Shown here: positions 52,571-64,000 of the stretch, one piece after another | Layout of the letters: every line of letters starts with the position of its first letter | Numbering within the stretch: the first letter of the stretch is position 1 | NCBI RefSeq assembly: GCF_018350175.1 | Contig: NC_058373.1 | Coordinates: 107,324,001-107,388,000 of the forward strand | Direction of reading: 5' to 3' | Source of the DNA: Felis catus | Taxonomy: Eukaryota | Length of the DNA stretch: 64,000 bases | The notes under the pieces: generated by a model | The model's input: the letters and a program-made list of their open reading frames with translations, nothing else | Told to the model about the DNA's origin: nothing | The model's database searches: none | Position numbers and translations under genes: made by a program

Positions 52571-52954
52571 ATCTGACTTTGGCTTTTCTTAATGGGAGGA
52601 TTTCTAAGTACTGTTTTAATTTCTTTACTTGGTATAGATCTATTCAGACTTTTTCTTTTCGTTTTTCTTTTTTCTTTCTCTTCCTCCCTTATTCTCCTCA
52701 CTCTTTCCCTTCTTTTAGTGATTTCAGTCTTCCTAGGAATTAGTCAGTTTCATCTAAGTTGAATATTTCTAGGGTCAAGAGAGATCTTTCCTTTTTCATT
52801 TCCTATTGTGGTAGTTTGTCTCTTCTCTTTTTTTCCTTTGGTCAGTGAAGCTCACAGTGTGACATTTTTGTCAATATTTTCCAAAGAACCAACCTTGGTT
52901 TTACTGACTTTTTTTCTATTGTTTTTCTGATGTCTATTTTAGTGATTCCCATTT

Positions 52955-53172
52955 TATTTTATTAATATAATTTTTTATTTTTATTTTTATTTTGAGAGAC
53001 AGAGGGTGAGTGGGGGAGAAGCAGAGAGGAAGGGGGAGAGAGAGAGAGAGATTCCTAACCCTGCTCTGTGTGGTCAGCACAAAGAGCCTGACATGGGTCT
53101 CAAACTCATGAAACTACAAGATCATGACCTGAGCTGAAATCAGGAGTTGGACGCTTGACTGAGCCACCCAGG
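52955..53172 (-). mobile_element. Carnivore SINE
   Basis: Reverse-complement body. Confidence 0.87.
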
Positions 53173-54102
53173 CTCTATTGATTTCTGTTTTTGTATTATA
53201 TCATTTCTTTTACTTACTTTGGGTTTACTTTGCTCTTTTTTGCTAGTTTCTTAAGGTGGGCACTTGGATTATTTGAGAGTTTTCTTCTTTTCTAATATGG
53301 GCATTTAAATATATAAACCTGTGTACTGCTTTAATTGCACTAATATGTTGTATTTTTATTTTTATACATTTGAAAACCTTTTTCTTTGTTTCTTTTTGTC
53401 TTTTAAGACTGTTTTGTCATTAGGGTAGCTTCTCTGGCTCTCTCATGGTTATTGTTTCTATAGTTTATCTTGTTTCACATTTTTTCTTTCAGTCTATTTT
53501 ATGCCTTTGATTCTAAGGTGTGTTTCTTATAGGCAGCGTATAGTTGGATCTTATTTCTCCAATTTGACAATCTTTTCTTAATGTTATTATCAGTATGGTT
53601 TGATTTACACCAGCCATTTTGATATTTGATTTCTGTATATATCATAGTCCTTTTTGGTCCCCCTTCTTGTTTGTTGCTTTCTTTTGTGTTAAATAGACAT
53701 TTTTTTTGGTACGCATTGTAATTCTTTTTTTACTATGCATATTTTTTGCTATGCATATTTTTTGTTATATTTTAGTTGTTACAATATGTATCTTAATTTA
53801 TTATAAACAACTTCATATTATACTAATTTAGTACCAGTAATATTGGATCTTTGATAGACTAGGTCTCTTTCATCTTGTACACTGTTATTGTGGTATATGT
53901 TATGTTTTACATTACAAACCCAACCATATAATCTTACCATTTTTTTGCAGTTATTTTTAAAATCATTTAAGAGATGAAAAGAGGAAGAAATATTTTCATT
54001 GAGTCTTTTATATGTACTGATGTAATTACCTAAAATTGTTCCTTATTTCTTTGTGAGAATTTAAATTATTGCCTGCTATCATTGCTTTGTGGCTTGAAGG
54101 AC

Positions 54103-54397
54103 TTTTTTTTTTTTTTTTTTTTTTTTTTGAGTTTGGGGAGGTTTATTAGTTTTCTAGGACTGCCCTAACCAAATACCACAAACTTGAGTGGCTTAAAACA
54201 ACAGAAATCAAGTCTGACAGTTCTGGAGGCTTAGAAGTCTGAAATCAAGGTGTTGGCAAGACTATGATCTTTCTGAAGGCTCTAGGAAAGAATCTTTCCT
54301 TGCTCCTTCCTAGCTTTTGGTGGCTCCTAGGAATTTTGGCATTTCTTTGCTGGTAGCCACATCACTCCAGTGTGTGCAAGTGTTTTCACATGGGTTT
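54103..54397 (-). mobile_element. Polyadenylated, TSD-flanked retrocopy of an MLT1 LTR fragment plus 13 nt of non-LTR sequence
   Basis: T26 at 54103-54128; AATAAA on the minus strand at 54142-54147; MLT1 sequence (aaataccacaaacttgagtggcttaaaacaacagaaat); TSD cttgaaggactt at 54093-54104 and 54398-54409. Confidence 0.85.
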
Positions 54398-54629
54398 CTT
54401 GAAGGACTTCTTTAGGTTTTTGTTTTTTGTTTTGTTTTTCTTCTTATTTTTCTTCTTTTTTTCTAATAGCATGTTTACTAGCAACAGTTTTTGTTTATTT
54501 GGAAATACCTTTTATTTTGTCCCTGTTTTGTTGGTTAGTTTAGTTGGGGAAAAAAACAAGTCTTAGTTGACACTATTTTTCTCTCAGCACTTTGAATACA
54601 TCATTCCACTGTATTCTGATTTCCATGAC

Positions 54630-54870
54630 TTCTTTCTTTCTTTTTTAAAAAATTTTTTTTAATGTTTGTTTATTTTTGAGAGAGAGAGCGAGCGAGTGAG
54701 CACGGGAGGGGCAGAGAGAAAGGGAGATTGAATCTGAATCAGGCTCCAGGTCGGGTCTTCAAGCTGTCAGCGCAGAGCCTGATGCAGGGCTCAAACTCAG
54801 GAACCACAAGATCATGACCTGAGCTGAAGTGAAGTTGGACGCTTAACTGACAGAGCCACTGAGGTGCCCC
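54630..54870 (-). mobile_element. Felid SINE
   Basis: Reverse-complement body; TSD ctgatttc. Confidence 0.9.
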
Positions 54871-55927
54871 TGATTTCTGTGATTTCTAATGAGAAGTCAG
54901 TTGGTAATCTTTTTGGGGTTTTCTTGTATGTAAGGAGCCATTTTTTTTTTTTTTTTTTGCTGCTTTCAAGATTTTGTCTTTCTACATTTGTAGGGCTCAT
55001 TAGAGCTTCAACTTTCCTTCAACTTTCCTAACGTTATCACCTAGTTTTTTGGCTTTAGGAGTAAATTTAGAAAGGAGAATTCCATAGATTTTCATTGTGT
55101 TTTAAAAATACTTATATCCTAAACTTATTTTTTTATATGTTTGCCTTTTCCTCAAGTTTTCACAACTTTGTAATTCAATAATACTTGTTTGAGGAGAGGC
55201 TACTTAAGCATCTTTGCTAGTGGGAATTGGTAGTAGTGTTTTCATTTTTTTTTTTATTTCATGTTGTGGCATTATGTACTGTTGCTTTCAGATTTTCCTC
55301 CTGCCTCATGAGATTTTATACACATAGACCTATATATTCTTATTTTCCATATATTTGTCAGATAGAAATCCCATGTTTAAAAATAAGGCTTATAGTAATA
55401 CAAAGTATTGGCTTTTCTTAAGGAATATCTAATTTTGTATTTTCCTCTTGATGAATATTGAATGATAAACTTTAAGGCTATGTAAAAGACACCAATAGTT
55501 TATTTGATATTTGTATTGAGGCATGTATTAGTCTCTTTAGGAATTTATGTTCATAAATGTTTAGCTCTGGGCTCTGTCATTGTAACAAGTAACATCTAGG
55601 ACTAGATACCCAATGAGTATCTTAATTTTGCTGTCTTATACTCTTAGAAGTATTACGGTCAGCAATAAGCAGGCATCAGAAAGAAGGAAAGTGGGACAAG
55701 GAAAAGAAAAAGACTAAAACTAAAAAAAGACGGCAGGTTAATAAAAATAATAAAATTTCTTAAGCATTGTTTGTTTTGGATAGTTTTCTTGTTAAGCACA
55801 TGGAAATACTTTGCACATTTGAGAATTACTGACTTCCTATATGCTATTTTTGAGAAACAGCAAGTCATTCATATAATATAAACACAATTATGATTATTTT
55901 GCTGGAACTTTTTGTATCTGGGACTTA

Positions 55928-56146
55928 CTTTTTTTTTTAATGTTTATTTATTTATTTGGAGAGAGAGAGAGAGAGTGAGAGAGCAAGCACAAGCAGGGAA
56001 GGAGCAGAGAGAGGGAGAGAATCCCAAGCAGGCTCCCCACTGTCAGCATGGAGCCTGATGTAGAGTTCTATCTCATGAACTGTGAGATCATGACCTGAGC
56101 CAAAATCGAGTTTGATGCTTAACTGAGTAAGCCACCCAGGCACCCC
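55928..56146 (-). mobile_element. Carnivore SINE
   Basis: TSD cttactttt. Confidence 0.91.
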
Positions 56147-57342
56147 TAGGCTTACTTTTTCAAAAGATAAGTAATGGTGACTTTTTTCACATCAGATTAT
56201 GACAATATATTTGGAGGATCATAAACAAATTTAAATTGAATGGTGATAATGCAAATAAATGGTAGACATTCATTCAAAACTTTTTGACTATTTGTAGCCT
56301 TGATGAGTTATATTCTGCTCTAAAAATGAATGTTATTAAATAGGAATGGACTTTAGGATGCATCTTAAGTCAGTAGAGTAAATTTTGAAATGCCTATGGT
56401 GCTAGATTTCTATATTTGTAGTCATATTAAAAGATACTGTAATTGAATAGTATTTTATATCATTTAATATACTTGTATATAAATATGCAGTATGAATGAA
56501 TATTATTAGTCCTAACTCCCCCTTTTTAAACAGCTATTTTCTGTAAGCCCAGCAGGAAACCAGGAGTCAGAGTGAGAATACAAGCTTTCAGAGTCTTAGT
56601 TCATTTCTTTTTTCATTTCCAGTGTCTCTTGACTTAAACATGAAAAGTAGGAGAGAAATGGATAAAGACAGAAATGAAAGAAGAAAAAAAATTTGTTATA
56701 AAAAGTAATGTTAGACCTGAACCAACCATATTGTTAGTGGTAGGCATTCCAAATTGCCCTTGTGTATGCTTAGGTTCTTGAGTGAGGATTATTGATAATG
56801 CTATGGCTCTGTAAAATAGTCTTTTTATTTGTGTATTATTGATTTTAGTTTTAGAAGTTAGAGCCATAAATGTAATTGCCTATTTGTGATGCAAAGCCTG
56901 TTACCTTGAAATGGTGAAAGAATGTTGCATACTTTTTCACTGCTGTCACCAGTTCTAGCAAAATTCCATTATGTTTTATCAAAGGCTATCAGACTTTCCC
57001 CTGTGTTGTATGTAGTAGCAAGTTGCACTTTTCCAGTAAGAGCATTTGAGTTGAGAAAGTAATAGGGAGTAATTGTAGCTTCCTGTCATTCTGTTCAGTG
57101 TTACAGAAAGTGCCATTTTTTTTTTGCCTTTTTACAAAAGATAGGCAGGATAGCAGTGTGATTAGGGATAGATAAGAGTTTTAATGTCAGACTGAGTGGG
57201 TTCAAATTCTGACTCTGTGAGTTAATGCTTCTAGGACATAGGTAAATAACCTTATTCATTTGGAATAATAATAAACCTTATTCATTGGAATGTACCTTGC
57301 AGTGTGGCATTTTTAACAATGAAATGAAAGTAAGCTCAGAAG

Positions 57343-57584
57343 ATTTTTTTTATTTATTAAAATAATTTTTAAAAATGTTTTATTTATTTTTGAGAGAGAG
57401 AGAGAGAGAGAGAGAGAGTCCTAGTGGGGGTGGGGCAGATAGAGAGGGAGATGCAGAATCTGAAGAAGGTCTAGGCTGTGAGCTGTCAGCACAGAGCCCG
57501 GCATGGGGCTTGAACTCACGAACTGTGAGACCATGACCTGAGCTGAAGTCGGATGCCCAACTGACTGAGCCACCCAGGCACCCC
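57343..57584 (-). mobile_element. Felid SINE inserted in a MIR remnant (~57150-57330)
   Basis: TSD cagaagatttttt; upstream gtcagactgagtgggttcaaattctgactctg. Confidence 0.9.
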
Positions 57585-58105
57585 TCACAGAAGATTTTTT
57601 GAATGATTTTCTTAGATATTATCAATTATAAAAACAAACTCTTTTCCAGATCTAATTTAGTAGTTCTTCCATAGATTACATAGTAGATGATTTTTTTTTT
57701 TTGAAGTGAGGAAGCTGACAATAAGAAAATAAAGGAGGAGAATGATTCAGTGACAAATTCCAAATGTAAGGTAAATCTTAGGACTAGATATAGAATTGCC
57801 CAAAATTTTAAGCAGTCTAAAGACAAAGGGAAAATCATCTATTCTAAATTATAAATAGGCTATAGGAAATAATGGTATACTTCATCAAAAAGTATTAATG
57901 ACTCTAAGTCATTGAAGGATGACTCAAAGATAATTTCATTTTGCAGATAAGGAACCCTAAAAGTAACTGTATTCTTTATTGGGTTCACATTTTATATGAA
58001 TTTCTATTGAGCAGATATTGACTGGTGAATATATTAAAAAAACAAACTTTGGTCTGGCCATCAGTTGGAATTATTGGAAGCAGAAATCAAGAATTCAGAT
58101 TGTTT

Positions 58106-58301
58106 GGGTGCTTGGGTGGCTCAGTTGGTTGTGCATCCAGCTTTTGGCTTTGGCTCAAGTCATGATCCCAGAGTCATGGGATTGAGCCCTGCATTGGACT
58201 CTGTGCTGAGTGTGGAACCTGCTTGTGATTCTCTCTCTCTCCCGCTGCCCCTCTCCCCTACTGCCATTCTCTTTCTCTTAAAAAAAAAAAAAAAGAAAAA
58301 A
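58106..58301 (+). mobile_element. Carnivore SINE
   Basis: gggtgcttgggtggctcag head, A tail. Confidence 0.9.
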
Positions 58302-58419
58302 GGCAGAATAAGTCGTCAGGTCAAAGCCTTAGATCAACTCATAGTGAAGAAACAATCTGGTGTTTTCTTTACTAAAATAACTGTAGATTAAGAAGCTTCC
58401 TAAGTATTTATGAATTTGT

Positions 58420-58920
58420 GTTTTCTTTTTTTTTTTAATGTTTTTATTTATTTTTGAGACAGAGACAGAGCATGAGCAGGGGAGGGGCACAGAGAGGGAG
58501 ACACAGAATCCGAAGCAGGCTCCAGGCTCCCAGCTGTCAGCACAGAGCCTGACATGGGGCTTGAACTCACAGACTGTGAGATCATGACCTGAGCTGAAGT
58601 CGGACACCCAATCGACTGAGCCACCCAGGCATCCCTCCCCCCCAAATTTTTTTTAATGTTCATTTTTGAGACAGACAGAGTGTGAGTTGGGGAGGGGCAG
58701 AGAGAAAGGGAGACACAGAATCTCAAGCAGGCTCCAGGCTCTGAGCTGTCAGCACAGAGCCTGATGCGGGGTTTGAACTCATGAATTATGAGATCATGAC
58801 CTGAGCTGAAGTTGGATGCTTAACCAACTGAGTCACCCAGGCGTCCCTTAAAGATTTTTTTTTTAAAGTTTATTTATTTATTTTGAGAGAGCATGAGTTG
58901 TGGCGGCAGGGGGGGGGTGG
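58420..58920 (-). mobile_element. Three stacked antisense SINEs (58420-58635, 58646-58847, and a tail fragment 58850-58920)
   Basis: Reverse-complement bodies. Confidence 0.88.
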
Positions 58921-60701
58921 GGTGGTGGATAGATTACTATTAGTATGGTAATAGATGTCAATTCATTTTTCTCAGAACATAATCTTTCTTCAGTAAGAAT
59001 CATGTATTCTTGAAAGTCTGAGACAAACTGAAGAGAAGAAAAGTTCTAATTTAACTTTTATAAAAAATATTGTGGTTTGTATGTATTAATATATGTGTAG
59101 AATTTTATCTTTGTCCTTTATATTTCATCTCTCCATTTATTTAGGTGTGTACTTTTATGCATTTGTTTGGGTCCAGAGGCATATTTATAACTATTTTATT
59201 GCATTGTCCTACCTTTGTACATGTGACGTGTTTAGCCATTGACAGGGATATTGAAGCAGGGATTAAAAAATCCAGTGACTGCTAAGACTGGATGTGATCT
59301 TTAATATCCTGTCTACTTCTGAGAGTCTCTGAATTTCATTTATAGACACTCATGTTTTGCCCAGGGTTTCTATCTTCCCTTCCCAGTCCTTATCATGGTA
59401 CTCCAATGGAGTCTTGGGGAAAATGTTAATGCTTGTTCGGAATCTGTTTTTTTATGTAGGAAAATATGAAGATGAAAAAATTTGGCCCAGGTAATTTGTT
59501 GACACTTATTAAAAATACAAAAACAGTAAGCAAGATATAAAATGATGAGTCAATATTTCTTAGCCCATGACTTTAACCGGCAACTGCTGTTTTGTATTTT
59601 GTTCCAGAAAAAAAAGTTTTACAAGTGTTCTTTTTAAAAGCAATAATAATCTAATAAAAACCAGATGTCCACTAAGCAAAATCATGCAATGCAATTTCTT
59701 TCCTCCTAACACCTTAGTGATATCAGGAAGTTTTGATTGCAGTGAGATGCAGGTTGGTGACTTCAGATCAGGGGAGCACATTAGGAGTAAGTTCAAGTGG
59801 AGTGTTTCCAATTAGGAGCTTAGTATTAGGAGCTTAGTGGGCACATATAATACCTGGGAGAAGCACTGGGTTCTGGGTAAGAGTGCAAAAGGCAGAATGG
59901 GAGAAGTTAAATTTCAGTGATTTAGAATTTGTGCCTAAGGCCAGGATTGCGCCCAGAAAAGATGAGACAAACTTTTCTTTGTTTTCTCTCTTAAATTTCT
60001 CCCAAGGCTCAAGACTGAATTTATAATTAGATGTGATAATTAATGTGTTTTATGTATTATTAGTTTAGGTTTTGTTGTTTTTTTTTAACCATCATTCACA
60101 ACTTTGTTTTTGTAGGAAGATGTTTTGAATTCTAACTTCTAGGCCAACTTTTGTTGGATTACCATTCACGTGTTGATGATTGCCTGTGGTGATTTTATGT
60201 GGTAATAGTGACTAAGAGATGGTGCCAAATAGTCCTCATCTTCATGAAGATGATGATACAGTAGTAGTAGAAATAATAATTGGTAGCATTTTGTAGACCC
60301 TTGACTCTCTGTCCTTTAAATACATTTTATTTGATCCTTTAAAATAATTTTACAGATGAAACTTGCTTCAGGTAGAGCTAGGATTGGACTCTTTAGACTC
60401 CAAAGCCCATGTATTTAACATTGGTTTTTATAAGGGGGCACATGATACGGGGAATTTAAAACAATAGGGTGTTAATAGGCAGATAGCATGTGTGCTTGCA
60501 TTCTTTTCTAGAAAAATGAGATATAGATGGGAAAGCTGTTACAGCATAAAGAACCACAATAAATGGAGACTGGGATTGTTCTTACAGCTGCTTTAAGTTA
60601 TTTGGACATTAAACTGGGTTAACCTGCTTGATATTGCCACTATGGGTTCTTTGGATGTTACTTTTAATTACAATTTTGACTTAATCAGGAGTAGTTTTGG
60701 A

Positions 60702-60918
60702 GGGGCGCCTGGGTGGTTCAGTCAGTTGAGCATCCCAACTCTTGATTTCAGCTCAGGTCATGATCTCACAGTTTGTGGGATCAAGCCCCATGTCAGTTTC
60801 ACAATGACAGTGTGAAGCCTGGTTGGGATTCTCTCTCTCCTCTCATTCTGCCCCTCCCCACCCCCTGCTCTTTCTCTTTTTTCTCTCTCAAAATAAATAA
60901 ATAAACATTTTAAAAAAT
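60702..60918 (+). mobile_element. Carnivore SINE
   Basis: TSD agttttgga. Confidence 0.92.
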
Positions 60919-61593
60919 GAGGAGTTTTGGATATTATGGAAACTGTGAAGCCCCACATGCATTTCAAAATGAGTTAGAGAAATAGGCATTTAAGAAATAC
61001 CACCAGTGTTGACATAGTATTAGAACATTGTGTAAAATCAGGTCTTGAGACATTTTTTACATATTTGATTCATCTTTTATAGTTATTTATATTGATTTTT
61101 GTGTTGTCTCATGTGGTATAGATTAATACAATGAATTAAACTGGTTAGTAATTTTCTTGCATGCTAACTATATCTATTTAAAGATGTAATGCTTGCAGTA
61201 ACACTTAAAATTTAATATAATTCATCTTTTTCTGAAAGATTATATATTTTGAGAAAAAATGTTTTGTTTCAGTGATGAATAAAAAAATGTCCCAACTCAT
61301 AAATTTCTACTTGTCTGCCCTAGACAAGGAGAGAAAGTATTAGGGATATAAACTGTTTAAAACATCTTTTCTTAGAACTGCAACAACACGAATATGTTGC
61401 TTAAAATGTTAAACTTTAGTGAAAGAAATTCTTATTTAACTCTTCAGTTATGTTGCCTTTACAAAATAAATTTGGTTACATCTATGAACATGTCTGTTTC
61501 TCTCACTGTCAAACCCCTTATTCCTACAAATGTATCAGATTTTTTTCACCATTAAAAAATCAGTTCAGTAGTCAATTAAAAAAATTTAATTTT

Positions 61594-61802
61594 AGGGGCG
61601 CCTAGGTGGCTCAGTCCATCGAGTGTCTGACTTCTGCTCAAGTGATGATCTCATGGTCCGTGGGTTTGAGCCCCGCATTGGGCCCTGTGCTGAATGCTTG
61701 CTCGGAGCCTGGAACCTGCTTCGGATTTTGTGTCTACTCTCTCTGCCCCTCCTCCACTCATGCTCTGTCTCTCAAAAATAAATAAATGTAAATTAAAAAA
61801 AA
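61594..61802 (+). mobile_element. Felid SINE
   Basis: ggggcgcctaggtggctcag head, A tail. Confidence 0.92.
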
Positions 61803-61809
61803 TTTTTTA

Positions 61810-62000
61810 ATTTTATTTTTTAATTAATTTTTTTATTCCAGTAAAATACACATAATATTTACCTTTTAAACCATTTTTAAGTGTACAGTTCAGTGGTATT
61901 AAATACATTAATATTGTGGTGCAACAATCACCACCATCAGTCTCCATAACTCTTCCTTCTGTAAAACTGAAACTTTATGCCCATTAAATGGTACTCCCGC
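61810..62000 (-). mobile_element. Ancient L1 (L1MB-like) 3' tip
   Basis: ttaaaccatttttaagtgtacagttcagtggtattaaatacatt...aaactgaaactttatgcccattaaa. Confidence 0.75.
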
Positions 62001-62659
62001 CTCCTCTATAGGTGTAACAGACTTTTTTTAAAAATTGTTTTTATGCTTACTAGCAATGAAAAAATGAAAATTCAGAGCAAGGAAATATTCACCTGAATCA
62101 ACATATTTTAGTTTCCTTTATGTTAAGCAGTTAGCTGATAAGCTAGTTTGAACCTGACTTCCAGGATAGAATACTTTTGAGGTTATGTTAATTTCTTTGT
62201 TTTCAACAAGGACAGTCTTGATGATAGATCAATTAGCAAGTCCTGAAGAATTAATGTAAATGGTGTGGTAATTCCTGTTATAAGAGATACTTCTTAGAAC
62301 TCTTGAAACTCCTCCTTCCCCCAGGGTATCACGTCTACTGTTGAATTGAGGAAGTAGCCTGGCAGAGTCCTGTGTATCTGAGCTCAGTTCAGAATTGTTT
62401 AGAATGGGAAGTGTTTTTAAAGCACTATGGAAAGCTAATTAAAATTGAACTTTGAAATAAAGAAAACGCAAAACAGTGTGAAAGTAAAGGTTAATGTTTT
62501 CTCTCAAATGTTTTTAGAAGATCTATATGAGAGTACTACACTTTTTAACCTGTTTTCTTAAAGTATAGATCATTGAAGACATATTTATTACTTAATTTCA
62601 TTGACTTTGCTAAAACAGCAAGGCAGGTAATTTCTTTAGGTCTGAGTATTAGAAGTATT

Positions 62660-62871
62660 ATTATTTTTTTTAACATTTATTTATTTTTGAGACAGAGACA
62701 GAGCACGAACGGGGGAGGGTCAGAGAGAGAGGGAGAAACAGAATCCGAAACAGGCTCCAGGCTCTGAGCTGTCAGCACAGAGCCCGATGCGGGGGCTTGA
62801 ACTCACGGGCCGCGAGATCATGACCTGAGCTGAAGTCGGACGCTTAACCGACTGAGCCACCCAGGCGCCCC
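62660..62871 (-). mobile_element. Felid SINE
   Basis: TSD agaagtattatt. Confidence 0.94.
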
Positions 62872-63576
62872 AGAAGTATTATTTTTGAATAATATTAAGA
62901 GACTAAATTTAATATCTCTTAGTACATATGCTTTGTGTGTTGTTGGCTTTTTCCTAACGTAAAATGAATCTCAATATGCCGTATGATTGATGACAAATAA
63001 GAAACTCTGCAATTAAGAGAAGATCTGTTTATTTAAGAACTCTCAAAGGCTGTAAAAGATTATACTTGGCTATATGTGAAGGATAAATGTTGTGCAATAA
63101 TGCCCCTGAGTTCCCCTTTTATAATAAATCTCAGCTGTGTGTTCAGCATAAGGGCTCAGTGCCAAAAAGAACAGGTTCAACTTGTCTGTGAGGATTTGCA
63201 CCACAGTAAAGTGCACAACTGCTTTTGTAGAGGTCACTGTAGAGGTCACAGGCATGTACAGTTGAATGAAAGCAACTTTAAAAACATAGTAGAACAGATA
63301 GTGTTAAGATTCAAGAATCAGTGTTAATTTAAAACATTAAAAGGGGAGAAAATCATAAGAATCCTTACGTACATTTTTCACTTTATATGTTTTCAAATGG
63401 ATTTCAAACAATTTCTTTGGCACCTTGGGCCAGCATATTTTAGAAGAACTTCATGAACACTTTAATAGTAATTGTCCAGACTTGGAAACATTGAGTATTT
63501 TAATGTTTGTTAATGTCTGAGCAGTGCTCTGAACAGAGTTCATATAATAAAGGTAGGATATGACCATAGTAGAATG

Positions 63577-63578
<2 letters not shown>

Positions 63579-63624
<46 letters not shown>
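63579..63624. repeat. (GT)n microsatellite
   Basis: Read directly. Confidence 0.95.
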
Positions 63625-63626
<2 letters not shown>

Positions 63627-64000
63627 TGGGGGTGGGCGCAGAGGAGTGTGGGTAAATTCTAATGAAAATACAGATGTGATCTAAAGGAGAATGCTTCCAA
63701 GGGTTGTATTTCTCCTCAGCTTATTATTGAGAGATTTAAAATTAACAACAACAACAACAACAACAAAGAAAATGCTGTCTTATATGACTCATTCCCTCCA
63801 GATATCTCACAAATACTTTCATATATTTGTGGTAAGTAGAAATAACTTAGAAATAGCAGGCAGAGAGACTATAGGACCCATGACTCCAGCCGGTGCAAGT
63901 TTTGAGTTTAGTATAATGAACACCAGAAAATGATAAAACTAAGTAATTATATAGATGCAGAGTTTACCTAGAATTGTGTTTTACCCAGAGTTGTATTTGG

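Larger units (their letters stand above)
42840..54990 (-). mobile_element. Mosaic of ancient antisense L1M fragments, heavily interrupted by younger elements
   Basis: Recurrent antisense L1 motifs (ctagaggtttatcaatttt; gagaagtcagttggtaatct; ctttgttctttttccagattgcttt; tgaattttgtcaaatgcttt). Boundaries are approximate. Confidence 0.7.

Noticed and set aside
27917..64000. MNAT1 exon 7 (GQHISLAP...)
   Set aside because: No matching coding sequence was found by eye; caacatattt at ~62099 does not continue in frame. The exon presumably lies beyond the window.

Overview
Mammalian genomic DNA from a carnivore, most likely a felid, judged by the SINEC/CAN-SINE and L1 subfamilies. The whole window lies inside the MNAT1 gene (CDK7-cyclin H assembly factor of CAK/TFIIH) on the + strand. 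It holds the last 12 nt of exon 3 (1-12), exons 4 (14824-14927), 5 (21507-21647) and 6 (27791-27916), and about 36 kb of intron 6; exon numbers follow the human gene as recalled. The rest is intron: roughly 54 tRNA-derived carnivore SINEs, several 5'-truncated L1s, ancient L1M/L2/MIR/MLT1/MER58 remnants and microsatellites. No prokaryotic system, CRISPR array or novel protein-coding gene is supported. The most unusual observations are retrotransposition events. (1) An antisense L1 landed in the exon-3 5' splice site, and its TSD duplicated the donor. (2) A second L1 19 kb away shares almost the same 5' breakpoint and apparently private variants. (3) An extinct MLT1 LTR fragment was re-mobilised as a polyadenylated, TSD-flanked retrocopy. 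(4) A ~600-nt polypyrimidine microsatellite grew inside an L1 tail. (5) There is a tail-only insertion and a twin-primed L1 inversion. Repeat boundaries and subfamily names were assigned by eye.
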